Assembly (NCBI GenBank): GCA_963699585.1
Contig: CAVOUK010000002.1
Location: 264,811 to 328,810 of the forward strand
Source of the DNA: Thermodesulfovibrionia bacterium
GTDB lineage: Bacteria > Nitrospirota > Thermodesulfovibrionia > UBA6902
Length of the DNA stretch: 64,000 nucleotides
Direction: 5' to 3'
Shown: positions 56,195-64,000 of the stretch, in pieces
Position numbering within the stretch: position 1 is the first letter of the stretch
Layout of the letters: the number at the start of each line of letters is the position of its first letter
The notes under the pieces: model-generated
The model's database searches: none
What the model was told of the DNA's origin: nothing
What the model saw: only the letters and a program-made list of their open reading frames with translations
Made by a program: the position numbers and the translations under genes

Positions 56195-57435
56195 AAGAGA
56201 ATAAAACAAACAACAATAACATAATCCTCAAATGTTCTTTCTGCGGGAAAAGCCAGAAAGAGGTCAGAAAACTTATAGCAGGACCGACAGTATATATTTG
56301 TAACGAGTGCATAGCCCTGTGTAACGATATAATGGCCGAGGAGCTTGACGCTTCCTTTGATATCAACATCACGCAGAAACTTCCAAAACCAAAAGAGATA
56401 AAGAGCTTTCTGAACGATTATATAATAGAACAGAATCGAGCCAAGAAAATCCTCTCGGTTGCTGTACACAACCATTACAAACGGATATACAGTCCCAAGC
56501 AATCCGAGATTGAATTGCAAAAAAGCAATATCCTTCTCATAGGCCCTACAGGTACAGGCAAAACTATTCTGGCCCAAACGCTTGCAAAATTCCTTGATGT
56601 TCCTTTTACAATTGCAGACGCCACAACGCTTACAGAAGCAGGATATGTGGGTGAAGACGTAGAGAATATCATACTCAAACTTATACAGGCCGCGGATTAT
56701 GATGTGGAAAAAGCCCAGAGAGGCATCGTATATATCGACGAGATTGACAAAATAAGCCGGAAGACAGAGAACGTCTCAATAACAAGAGATGTATCAGGAG
56801 AAGGGGTCCAGCAGGCGCTACTGAAAATTATAGAGGGGACCATTGCAAACGTTCCGCCCCAGGGCGGGAGAAAACATCCCCAGCAGGAATTTATCCAGGT
56901 AAATACCGCCAACATTTTATTTATTTGCGGCGGGGCCTTTGTGGGCATTGAGAAAACAATAGAGGAAAGGATCGGCAGGAAAGTGGTCGGATTCGGCGCT
57001 GAACAAAAACATATACATGGGCATAAAACAAACGATATTCTGAAGCTGATACAACCTCAGGACCTGATAAAATACGGCCTTATCCCTGAATTTGTGGGAA
57101 GACTCCCTGTTATAGCGACACTGGAGGAGCTGAGTGAAACAGCGCTTATCAGAATACTTACGGAGCCAAAAAATGCGATCATCAAGCAGTATCAGAAGCT
57201 GCTTTCTTTTGACGGTGTAAAACTGAAATTTACCGACACCGCTTTAACAGCCATTGCCAAAGAAGCCATCAAGCGCAAGACTGGTGCTCGGGGGCTCCGA
57301 GCCATTCTCGAAGACGTCATGCTTGACTTAATGTATGAAATACCGTCACAGAGCAATGTCAAGGAATGCCTGATCACAGAAGAAGTCATTACCAAACGGG
57401 AAAAGCCGCTTCTTATCTACGAAGAATCGGCGTAA
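56191..57435 (+). CDS. clpX: ATP-dependent Clp protease ATP-binding subunit ClpX
   Basis: Zinc finger CSFCGK...CNECI, Walker [18 protein letters not shown]. Confidence 0.95.
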   Translation: MKENKTNNNNIILKCSFCGKSQKEVRKLIAGPTVYICNECIALCNDIMAEELDASFDINITQKLPKPKEIKSFLNDYIIEQNRAKKILSVAVHNHYKRIYSPKQSEIELQKSNILLIGPTGTGKTILAQTLAKFLDVPFTIADATTLTEAGYVGEDVENIILKLIQAADYDVEKAQRGIVYIDEIDKISRKTENVSITRDVSGEGVQQALLKIIEGTIANVPPQGGRKHPQQEFIQVNTANILFICGGAFVGIEKTIEERIGRKVVGFGAEQKHIHGHKTNDILKLIQPQDLIKYGLIPEFVGRLPVIATLEELSETALIRILTEPKNAIIKQYQKLLSFDGVKLKFTDTALTAIAKEAIKRKTGARGLRAILEDVMLDLMYEIPSQSNVKECLITEEVITKREKPLLIYEESA

Positions 57436-57867
57436 TTATTTCTTTCCCCTCATCAACCCATGTACAATCAGCGTCCTGAATTTCTCGCGCAGGTCCTCAT
57501 CCTTAAGGTTCTTGAGCGTATTTTCCAGATATATCAGATCATCTTCGCTCAATTTAACATCCCCGGACGCATGTGTTTCTTTTGTATTTTCAGGAAGCTT
57601 GCCGAGTTTGAATCGTACCTCGACTACATTATACGATTTAAGTTTTGTCACAATTTCTTCTTTGAAGAAACTTAAATGATGCAGCCATTGAGGTGTATCA
57701 ACAATAAGGGTAAGGACTTTACCTTTTATTATGTCGGGAAAAGTGTGTGAAGCAACGGTTTGTCCCGCGATATTCCCCCATTGATTTTGTAGGGAGTTAA
57801 GAACTACACCGCCTTCGAGTCCATGATCTTTAACAAATGTCTTGAGGATATTATGAAGAGACTGCAT
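57436..57867 (-). CDS. DUF721 (DciA-like) protein
   Basis: W..IAG..VASHTFP..IKGKVLTLIVDTPQWLHHLSF pattern. The start is probably MQSL at 57867, because the repeat element begins at 57879. Confidence 0.6.
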   Translation of the reverse strand: MQSLHNILKTFVKDHGLEGGVVLNSLQNQWGNIAGQTVASHTFPDIIKGKVLTLIVDTPQWLHHLSFFKEEIVTKLKSYNVVEVRFKLGKLPENTKETHASGDVKLSEDDLIYLENTLKNLKDEDLREKFRTLIVHGLMRGKK

Positions 57868-57878
57868 AAAAATTTTTT

Positions 57879-57955
57879 CCACAGATTACACAGATGCGCA
57901 CAGATTTTTCAAGCTCCAAGCTTAATCTGAGTAATCTGCGAAATCTGTGGATGAA
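57879..57955. repeat. CCACAGATTAC...AATCTGTGGATGAA inverted-repeat element, copy 2
   Basis: CCACAGATTACACAGATGCGCACAGATT ... AATCTGAGTAATCTGCGAAATCTGTGGATGAA. Confidence 0.7.
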
Positions 57956-57969
57956 CCTTGTGGGGTTTC

Positions 57970-58158
57970 TTAAACTGCTTTTTTAACTTTACCTGACCGG
58001 AGACATCTGGTACAGACATACGATCTTCTTATGCCATGCGCGGTTTGCATCTTAACCTTCTGCAGGTTTGGCATAAATACACGTTTTGTTTTATTGTTAG
58101 CATGACTTACAATATTGCCGGATACCTTCTTCTTCCCACAAACTGAACATACTGCCAT
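57970..58158 (-). CDS. rpmB: 50S ribosomal protein L28
   Basis: [30 protein letters not shown]. Confidence 0.9.
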   Translation of the reverse strand: MAVCSVCGKKKVSGNIVSHANNKTKRVFMPNLQKVKMQTAHGIRRSYVCTRCLRSGKVKKAV

Positions 58159-58428
58159 TGTTTAACCACCTCCCGTGAAACTTGATCGTCCCATTCATGA
58201 TTGTCAGGCTTGCCCGGACAATCTATGAATGTCGTTCGTTATGAATAATCCGATTTGACCGGCTTAATTCAGAACCGGCTTTAATTGCTTTAAAAAGAGA
58301 AGTTATGATAACATTAAACCTGAAAAACTTACAACCCAATTTAACCCAAGGCGATTTTACGACTGAAAAAAATATATTTGTGTTTTAAGGGTTGATATTA
58401 TCAACATTTTTGAGGAAAAATAACCGGA

Positions 58429-60741
58429 ATGAGAATATATGAACTGTCAAAGAAACTAAATGTCACCAACAAGGAGATCATTGCCAGGCTGGCAGGAATG
58501 AGCATAGAGGTTAAGTCCCATATGGCTAATATTGATGATGATATTGCCGAAAAACTGACAAGTATATTTTTAAAACCGGAAAAACCAACGATTGAGGAAA
58601 AACCTGCAGTAAAAAAGCCAAAAGACCGTACAGCAATAGAACCTCGGTCTGAAAAAGCAGTTAAGCCCTCTGCTGAAGCAAAAATAACAGAGGTTGAAGA
58701 ACCCTCTCAAAAAGAGCCTGTCGTATTACCCAAAAGTGTAGAAACGCCGGTAATAGAAACGGATGAAATTATTCTCCCTGACAGATTTAAAAAAGAAATA
58801 GACCAAACGAAGATATCTAAATTCAAGGCCAAACCCGGAATGCAGAGGGCGTTTGATTCAATAAGGCGGGTCGATGTAACGAAAAAAGCCCAGGACTTCA
58901 GGTCCCATTTCAAAAAACATGATAAAAGACCGTTTGCACAGAAAATTGAATCGACTCCTCCACCTCTGACTACCCAGCCCAGGAAGCGCGTTCTTAAATT
59001 CCAGGAAGGTTCGACTGTAAAGGAATTTGCAGAACTCATTGGACAGAAAGTAAATGAGGTCATCAAAAAATTCATGGAGCTTGGTTATATGACAACCATT
59101 AATCAGCCTCTGGACGCAGATGCAGCCCAGATTGTAGCAGAAACCTTTGGATTAAAACTTGAACTGACAAATATCGAGAGTGAAGAAACTATGCTTGAAG
59201 AAGCAGCGGTTGAAGAATCGTCCCTTAGCCCCCGCCCTCCGATTGTTACCATTATGGGGCATGTGGACCATGGGAAAACCACCCTGCTTGATGCGATCAG
59301 GCAAACAAAGGTTACCGAGACAGAGGCAGGAGGGATAACGCAGCATATTGGCGCATATAAAGTAAAATTGAAAGACAAGGAGATAACTTTCCTTGACACC
59401 CCGGGCCATGAAGCATTTACAATGATGAGGGCCAGAGGCGCAAAGGTAACCGATATCGTAGTTCTTGTTGTTGCCGCTGACGACAGTGTCATGCCACAGA
59501 CTATTGAAGCAATTGACCATGCCAAAGCTGCAAACGTGCCTATCATTGTTGCAATAAATAAAATTGACAAACCCGATGCAAATATTACAAGGGTCAAGAA
59601 TGAGCTGGCCCAGCACGGCATTGTTTCTGAAGAATGGGGCGGGCAGAATATATTTGTTGAGGTCTCTGCAAAAGAAAGAACAGGGATTGAAAAACTGCTC
59701 GTAATGATTCTGCTTCAGGCAGAGGTGATGGAACTGAAAGCAAACTATACCAGGCTTGCAAAGGGGACCATTGTTGAGGCCAAACTCGACAAAGGCAGGG
59801 GGCCGATCGGTACGGTCCTTGTAAATGCAGGAGAGCTTAAGGTCGGGGATTCATTTCTTGTAGGCACCGTTGCCGGCAGGGTAAGGGCCCTTATTGACGA
59901 TACCGGCAGGAAGATTGAAAAAGCAGGGCCTTCAACACCTGTAGAGGTTATCGGCTTTCCTGATGTCCCTCAGGCAGGCGATATCTTTATTGTCATGGAA
60001 GACGAGAGAAAAGCAAGACAGATAGCGATGAACAGGCTCCAGAAACAAAGAACTACTACCGCTGCAAAAATGAAAAAACTAACGCTGGATCAACTTTATG
60101 AAAAAGTAAAACAGGGCGAAGTTCGGGACCTTAACATTATTTTAAAAGCAGATGTTCAAGGCTCTGCAGAAGCAGTTAAAGATGCCCTTTCCAATATTAC
60201 TCATCCGGAGGTTAAAGTAAATGTAATTCACGCAAGCACGGGGGGTATAAATGAATCTGATGTCATGCTCGCAACTGCATCAAATGCAATTATCATCGGA
60301 TTTAACATACGTCCTGACGCAAAAGCTTCTGCACTTATAGAAAAAGAAGGCGTTGACATCAGGCTTTACAATATAATTTACGAAGCGATAGATGATGTCA
60401 AGAAGGCGCTTGAAGGTCTTCTGGCCCCAACAATTACAGAAAAAATTCTTGGCAGGGCAGAAGTAAGAAACCTGTTTCATATATCACGTATCGGGACAAT
60501 TGCCGGCTGCTATGTAACCGACGGTAAGATCTTAAGGACCAGTACCGGTCTCAGGGTAATAAGGGACAATGTCGTTATTTATGAAAGCAGGATATCTTCC
60601 CTGAAAAGATTCAAGGAAGATGTGAAAGAAGCGCTAACAGGTTTTGAGTGCGGGATCATGGTGGAGAACTTTAATGACCTCAAGGTCGGCGATATACTTG
60701 AGAATTATGTCAAGGAAGAAGTCGCCGCAAAGTTTGAATAG
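58429..60741 (+). CDS. infB: translation initiation factor IF-2
   Basis: [12 protein letters not shown]-domain, G-domain [12 protein letters not shown] / DTPGH / NKID, 770 aa. Confidence 0.95.
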   Translation: MRIYELSKKLNVTNKEIIARLAGMSIEVKSHMANIDDDIAEKLTSIFLKPEKPTIEEKPAVKKPKDRTAIEPRSEKAVKPSAEAKITEVEEPSQKEPVVLPKSVETPVIETDEIILPDRFKKEIDQTKISKFKAKPGMQRAFDSIRRVDVTKKAQDFRSHFKKHDKRPFAQKIESTPPPLTTQPRKRVLKFQEGSTVKEFAELIGQKVNEVIKKFMELGYMTTINQPLDADAAQIVAETFGLKLELTNIESEETMLEEAAVEESSLSPRPPIVTIMGHVDHGKTTLLDAIRQTKVTETEAGGITQHIGAYKVKLKDKEITFLDTPGHEAFTMMRARGAKVTDIVVLVVAADDSVMPQTIEAIDHAKAANVPIIVAINKIDKPDANITRVKNELAQHGIVSEEWGGQNIFVEVSAKERTGIEKLLVMILLQAEVMELKANYTRLAKGTIVEAKLDKGRGPIGTVLVNAGELKVGDSFLVGTVAGRVRALIDDTGRKIEKAGPSTPVEVIGFPDVPQAGDIFIVMEDERKARQIAMNRLQKQRTTTAAKMKKLTLDQLYEKVKQGEVRDLNIILKADVQGSAEAVKDALSNITHPEVKVNVIHASTGGINESDVMLATASNAIIIGFNIRPDAKASALIEKEGVDIRLYNIIYEAIDDVKKALEGLLAPTITEKILGRAEVRNLFHISRIGTIAGCYVTDGKILRTSTGLRVIRDNVVIYESRISSLKRFKEDVKEALTGFECGIMVENFNDLKVGDILENYVKEEVAAKFE

Positions 60742-60807
60742 GACCTTTTACAAAAAATCCCTGACTCTTCACAAAGACAATGCTGAAAATTAATCAAGAA
60801 TTATCAA

Positions 60808-60877
60808 GTAATAATGAGTAATTATGAGGAGAAATTTCCTTTAATTGATCATTGCTCATTATTAATTGTTCATTGGA
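60808..60877. repeat. AATAATGAG / CTCATTATTAATTGTT inverted-repeat element, copy 2
   Basis: GTAATAATGAGTAATTATGAGG ... ATTGCTCATTATTAATTGTTCATTGG. Confidence 0.55.
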
Positions 60878-60878
60878 T

Positions 60879-61160
60879 ATGATCGTCGGTCTCCTTACTC
60901 TGGATTTACATATATCTGAATCACATTCGTTAAAGGAAAAACGGTTTGTCATCAAAAGCCTGATCGACAGAATAAAGAACAAATTCAACGTCTCAGCAGC
61001 CGAAGTTGACGCCAACGACCTCTGGCAGAGAAGCATTATCGGAATAGCTTATGTCTCAAATGAAACAGTAATGATAAACAAGGTATTTGAGCAGATTAAA
61101 AACCTGGTTGTCAGCATCCATTCGGTGGAATTGATCAATGCCAACATGGAGCTGTTATAA
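60879..61160 (+). CDS. DUF503 (YlxP-like) protein
   Basis: MIVGLLTLDLHISESHSLKEKRFVIKSLIDRIKNKFNVS. Typical position between infB and rbfA. Confidence 0.8.
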   Translation: MIVGLLTLDLHISESHSLKEKRFVIKSLIDRIKNKFNVSAAEVDANDLWQRSIIGIAYVSNETVMINKVFEQIKNLVVSIHSVELINANMELL

Positions 61161-61265
61161 TAAATCAAAAACAATAAATCAAAAATAAAAATTTCGGTAG
61201 ATTTTTCAAAATAACATTCCTTATTTTTGAACTTTTAATTTTAATCCTTGATTTTTGGAGAGACC

Positions 61266-61643
61266 ATGCACCCATACAAACGTTCGGCAAGGGTCAGTGA
61301 TTTGATAAGAGAAGAAATCGCTGACATTATTTTAAACAAGATCAAACATAAGACCCTTGGCTTCATAACAGTGACCGGAGCAAAAGTAAGCGATGACTTG
61401 AGGAATGCTACTGTATATCTGAGTGTTCTCAAACAGGAAGATGCGGACAAGACGATACGTAAACTCAGTGAATCATCCTCATTTATAAAAGGAGAACTGG
61501 GCAGAAGACTAAAAATGAAATTCGTCCCGTCTCTTACTTTCAAAATTGACGAATCAATTCAATATGGGATGAAAATCGACAAACTGCTTAATGAAATCAA
61601 CTCGGAAAGGAGCACACTTGACGAAGACGAAGATCTCCTCTAA
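61266..61643 (+). CDS. rbfA: ribosome-binding factor A
   Basis: RSARVSDLIREEIADII...ITVTGAKVSDDLRNATVY. Confidence 0.9.
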   Translation: MHPYKRSARVSDLIREEIADIILNKIKHKTLGFITVTGAKVSDDLRNATVYLSVLKQEDADKTIRKLSESSSFIKGELGRRLKMKFVPSLTFKIDESIQYGMKIDKLLNEINSERSTLDEDEDLL

Positions 61644-62607
61644 ACTGCTCAACGTTATCAGGCAGAATAAATCTTTTTTAATTGTTTGCCATATTAACCC
61701 GGAAGGTGATGCAATAGGCTCAATATCAGCGCTTGCACTTGGACTGAAAAATATGGGGAAGAAGGATATCTGTGTCCTAAGCAAAGACGGAGTACCTGAA
61801 ATCCTGAGATTCCTGCCTTCATCGGGACTGATAAAACAAAAAGCGCCAAAAAAGGAATTTGATGTCTTATGCATCGTAGACTGCAATACACTGGAAAGGA
61901 CCGGCTTTAAGGAATTAAAAGCTAAACACACTGTTATTATCGATCACCATATCCGGCCTGATGATGCTGATAAATCCGAACTGTACAGGAAATTGTCAGC
62001 AAGCGTAATTGATCCCGGAGCCGCTGCAGCAGGGATACTCATTTATAAGCTTTTGTGTGCGCTCAAGATATCCATTGATAAAAACATTGCCGCAAATTTA
62101 TACACGGCATTACTTGTAGACACCGGAGGGTTCAGATATTCCAACACCTCGCCTGAAGCCTTAAAGATAGCGTGTCATCTCATTCAGGCCGGCGCAAGAC
62201 CCTGGAATATAGCAAAAGAATTATACGAAAGCATCCCTTTCAAATCAATGAAGCTTTTGGGCCTTTCACTCGCTACTATTGATAAAAAAGACGGCATAGC
62301 ATGGATAACCGCTACTGCGGACATGTTCAAAAAGACAGACACAACCTACGAGGATTCTGAAGATTTTGTCGATTTTCCCAGAAAGGTCAGGAATATCGAG
62401 GTGGCTGTTTTTTTCAGGGAAGATGATAAAAATGTATTCAAGCTCAGCCTCCGTTCAAAAGGCAGAGTTAATGTCGAGAAGATCGCAAAAAGTTTCGGCG
62501 GAGGAGGACATTTTGCCGCTGCAGGATGTAAGATAAAGGGAACACTGCCGGAAGTACAAGAAAAAGTATTCGCAGAAGTAAGGAAAGCTATAAAGTATGC
62601 GAAATGA
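61591..62607 (+). CDS. DHH/DHHA1 phosphoesterase (NrnA-like oligoribonuclease / pAp phosphatase)
   Basis: CHINPEGDAIGS, IIDHH, GGGGHFAAAG. The start is either ATG 61591 or TTG 61618. Confidence 0.8.
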   Translation: MKSTRKGAHLTKTKISSKLLNVIRQNKSFLIVCHINPEGDAIGSISALALGLKNMGKKDICVLSKDGVPEILRFLPSSGLIKQKAPKKEFDVLCIVDCNTLERTGFKELKAKHTVIIDHHIRPDDADKSELYRKLSASVIDPGAAAAGILIYKLLCALKISIDKNIAANLYTALLVDTGGFRYSNTSPEALKIACHLIQAGARPWNIAKELYESIPFKSMKLLGLSLATIDKKDGIAWITATADMFKKTDTTYEDSEDFVDFPRKVRNIEVAVFFREDDKNVFKLSLRSKGRVNVEKIAKSFGGGGHFAAAGCKIKGTLPEVQEKVFAEVRKAIKYAK

Positions 62608-62639
62608 ACTACCCCAATAAAATAGAAGCTATGAATTTG

Positions 62640-62697
62640 TCATTCCCGCATAGTCGGGAATCTTCTTTAATACAAATTCCGGTCAAGCCGGAATGAC
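62640..62697. repeat. complete REP/MITE-like palindromic element (GTCATTCC...GGAATGAC)
   Basis: GTCATTCCCGCATAGTCGGGAATC-ttctttaatacaa-ATTCCGGTCAAGCCGGAATGAC, with terminal 8-nt inverted repeats. Confidence 0.7.
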
Positions 62698-62729
62698 ATT
62701 TTCTGGTCAATGACTTATTTAATTACCTC

Positions 62730-63623
62730 ATGGACCTTATAATCGCCCTCAACAAACCCAAAGATATAACATCCCAGGAAGCGGTAACACGAGTAAAAAG
62801 GATACTGAAAATCAAAAAAGCAGGACACACCGGTACCCTGGACCCGATGGCAACGGGACTTCTGCTTGTCTGTATAAACAGGGCAACACGGCTTGCTTCA
62901 TATTTTTCCAATCTCGACAAAGAATACAAGGCGTTAATGAAACTCGGTGAGACTACCGACACACAAGATGCATATGGCAAGATTATCTCAAAGGCCGATA
63001 CGTTTGAATTTGACAGGTTAGCGATAGAAGAGGCTTTAAAATCATTTAGGGGGGGGATACTCCAGATGCCACCGATGTATTCTGCACTAAAACACGAGGG
63101 GCAGCCACTTTATAAATTGGCAAGAAAAGGTATTGAAGTTGAAAGAAAGCCAAGAGAAGTAACCATTCATAATATTGACCTGCTGAATATCGATTTCCCA
63201 TACGTAAAATTCCATGTTGTCTGCTCTAAAGGAACTTATATAAGGACACTGTGCGATGATATAGGCAAGAAACTCAGAATCGGAGCGCATCTTTTTGAAC
63301 TTGAACGCACTGCTATAGGACCATTCCGCATTGAAGACAGTTTGTCCTTTGATGAATTGAAAAACGTGGATATAAACGAAGCCGGCATTAAAGGTATATA
63401 TACAATGGATAAGGCGCTGTCGTGGATGCCTGAATTTAAGATAGACCGTGTGACGGCAAAGGCAGTCAAACATGGAAATCCGATCAGGATTATAACTCTT
63501 CCTGATACTTACAAAAAAGCGGAAGGCATAAGAATAAAATCGCCTGACGGCGAATTGCTTGCGATCGGCAGTTTATCTTCTGAGAAGAACTCAATTAAAA
63601 TGGATGTAGTGCTTGTAACATAA
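62730..63623 (+). CDS. truB: tRNA pseudouridine-55 synthase
   Basis: KAGHTGTLDPMATGLL, PPMYSALK, C-terminal PUA-like region. Confidence 0.9.
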   Translation: MDLIIALNKPKDITSQEAVTRVKRILKIKKAGHTGTLDPMATGLLLVCINRATRLASYFSNLDKEYKALMKLGETTDTQDAYGKIISKADTFEFDRLAIEEALKSFRGGILQMPPMYSALKHEGQPLYKLARKGIEVERKPREVTIHNIDLLNIDFPYVKFHVVCSKGTYIRTLCDDIGKKLRIGAHLFELERTAIGPFRIEDSLSFDELKNVDINEAGIKGIYTMDKALSWMPEFKIDRVTAKAVKHGNPIRIITLPDTYKKAEGIRIKSPDGELLAIGSLSSEKNSIKMDVVLVT

Positions 63624-63632
63624 AAAGCAAAA

Positions 63633-63923
63633 ATGAGAAAGTCTGCTTCCATAACAAAAAACGAATTGATCCTGAAAATAAAAGTTTTGCCTCGCTCATC
63701 ACGGGCAGGCATCGTCGGACAATTCGGCGATGCATTAAAGGTCAAGCTCACCTCTCCGCCTGTTGAAGGAAAGGCAAACAAGGAGCTTGTTGAAATGCTG
63801 GCAAAAGAATTCGGTGTGCCAAAAAAAAATATAGAAATAATCTCGGGACTAAGTTCCAGAAACAAGATCGTAAGACTTTACGGGGTGAAGGGTTTTCAAG
63901 AAACCCAAAAGCATCACGAGTAA
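63633..63923 (+). CDS. DUF167 (YggU-like) protein
   Basis: LKIKVLPRSSRAGIVGQFGDALKVKLTSPPVEGKANKELVEMLAK. Confidence 0.8.
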   Translation: MRKSASITKNELILKIKVLPRSSRAGIVGQFGDALKVKLTSPPVEGKANKELVEMLAKEFGVPKKNIEIISGLSSRNKIVRLYGVKGFQETQKHHE

Positions 63924-63931
63924 TATCTGAT

Positions 63932-64000
63932 TCAAGCGCTTCTTTTATTTTTCTTATGGCTGTACATTAACTGGTCCGCCTCAGCCAGCATTTCATCAAC
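63932..64000 (-). CDS. 3' end of a GGDEF-domain gene (partial)
   Basis: The minus strand reads VDEMLAEADQLMYSHKKNKRSA*, the typical C-terminal helix (ADxAMYxAK) of diguanylate cyclases. Confidence 0.5.
   Translation of the reverse strand, partial: VDEMLAEADQLMYSHKKNKRSA

Noticed and set aside
57970-58428. Absence of nusA upstream of infB. The usual nusA-infB linkage is replaced by a divergent rpmB and a 270-nt spacer containing a repeat element.
   Set aside because: The synteny break is real in this window, but nusA may simply be elsewhere in the genome. I cannot evaluate this from 64 kb.

Overview
This 64 kb bacterial chromosomal window has AT-rich intergenic regions and looks like an uncultivated anaerobe, possibly Nitrospirota- or deltaproteobacteria-like. 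That taxonomic guess is inference only. From about 16.4 kb to 64 kb the content is mostly recognisable housekeeping or envelope genes: pstSCAB-phoU, dgkA, tRNA-Pro, dnaG, a DUF3300/DUF2950 pair, mscL, an OmpA-family protein, a dsbA/dsbB-like pair, rpsU, panD, gatC, pcrA/uvrD, glmS, glmU, tig-clpP-clpX, rpmB, and infB-DUF503-rbfA-DHH-truB. Several large secreted or repeat proteins are interspersed. The unusual part is about 1.4-16.1 kb, a cation-handling island. It holds a P2-type (Ca-ATPase-like) P-type ATPase, CorA, an atypical CDF and a divergent MetK-like gene. It also holds four paralogous small 'GRxRxK' HMA-like proteins, a DUF5132-like protein, two paralogous 4-Cys mini-proteins, Zn-ribbon, DksA-like and PAS-GGDEF regulators, and two paralogous proteins made almost entirely of 22-residue repeats that sit in inverted orientation at the island's two ends. 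I propose this as a candidate undescribed cation-sequestration or membrane-associated system. That proposal is a hypothesis, not a demonstrated function. The window also carries at least five families of short intergenic repeats: REP/MITE-like palindromes, stop-codon-overlapping palindromes and heptamer microsatellites in 5' regions. About 12 genes have disrupted reading frames, including the essential dnaG and the pstS gene. That pattern points to sequence or assembly error rather than real decay for most of them. All calls come from reading the supplied ORF translations and DNA by eye. No database search was run.
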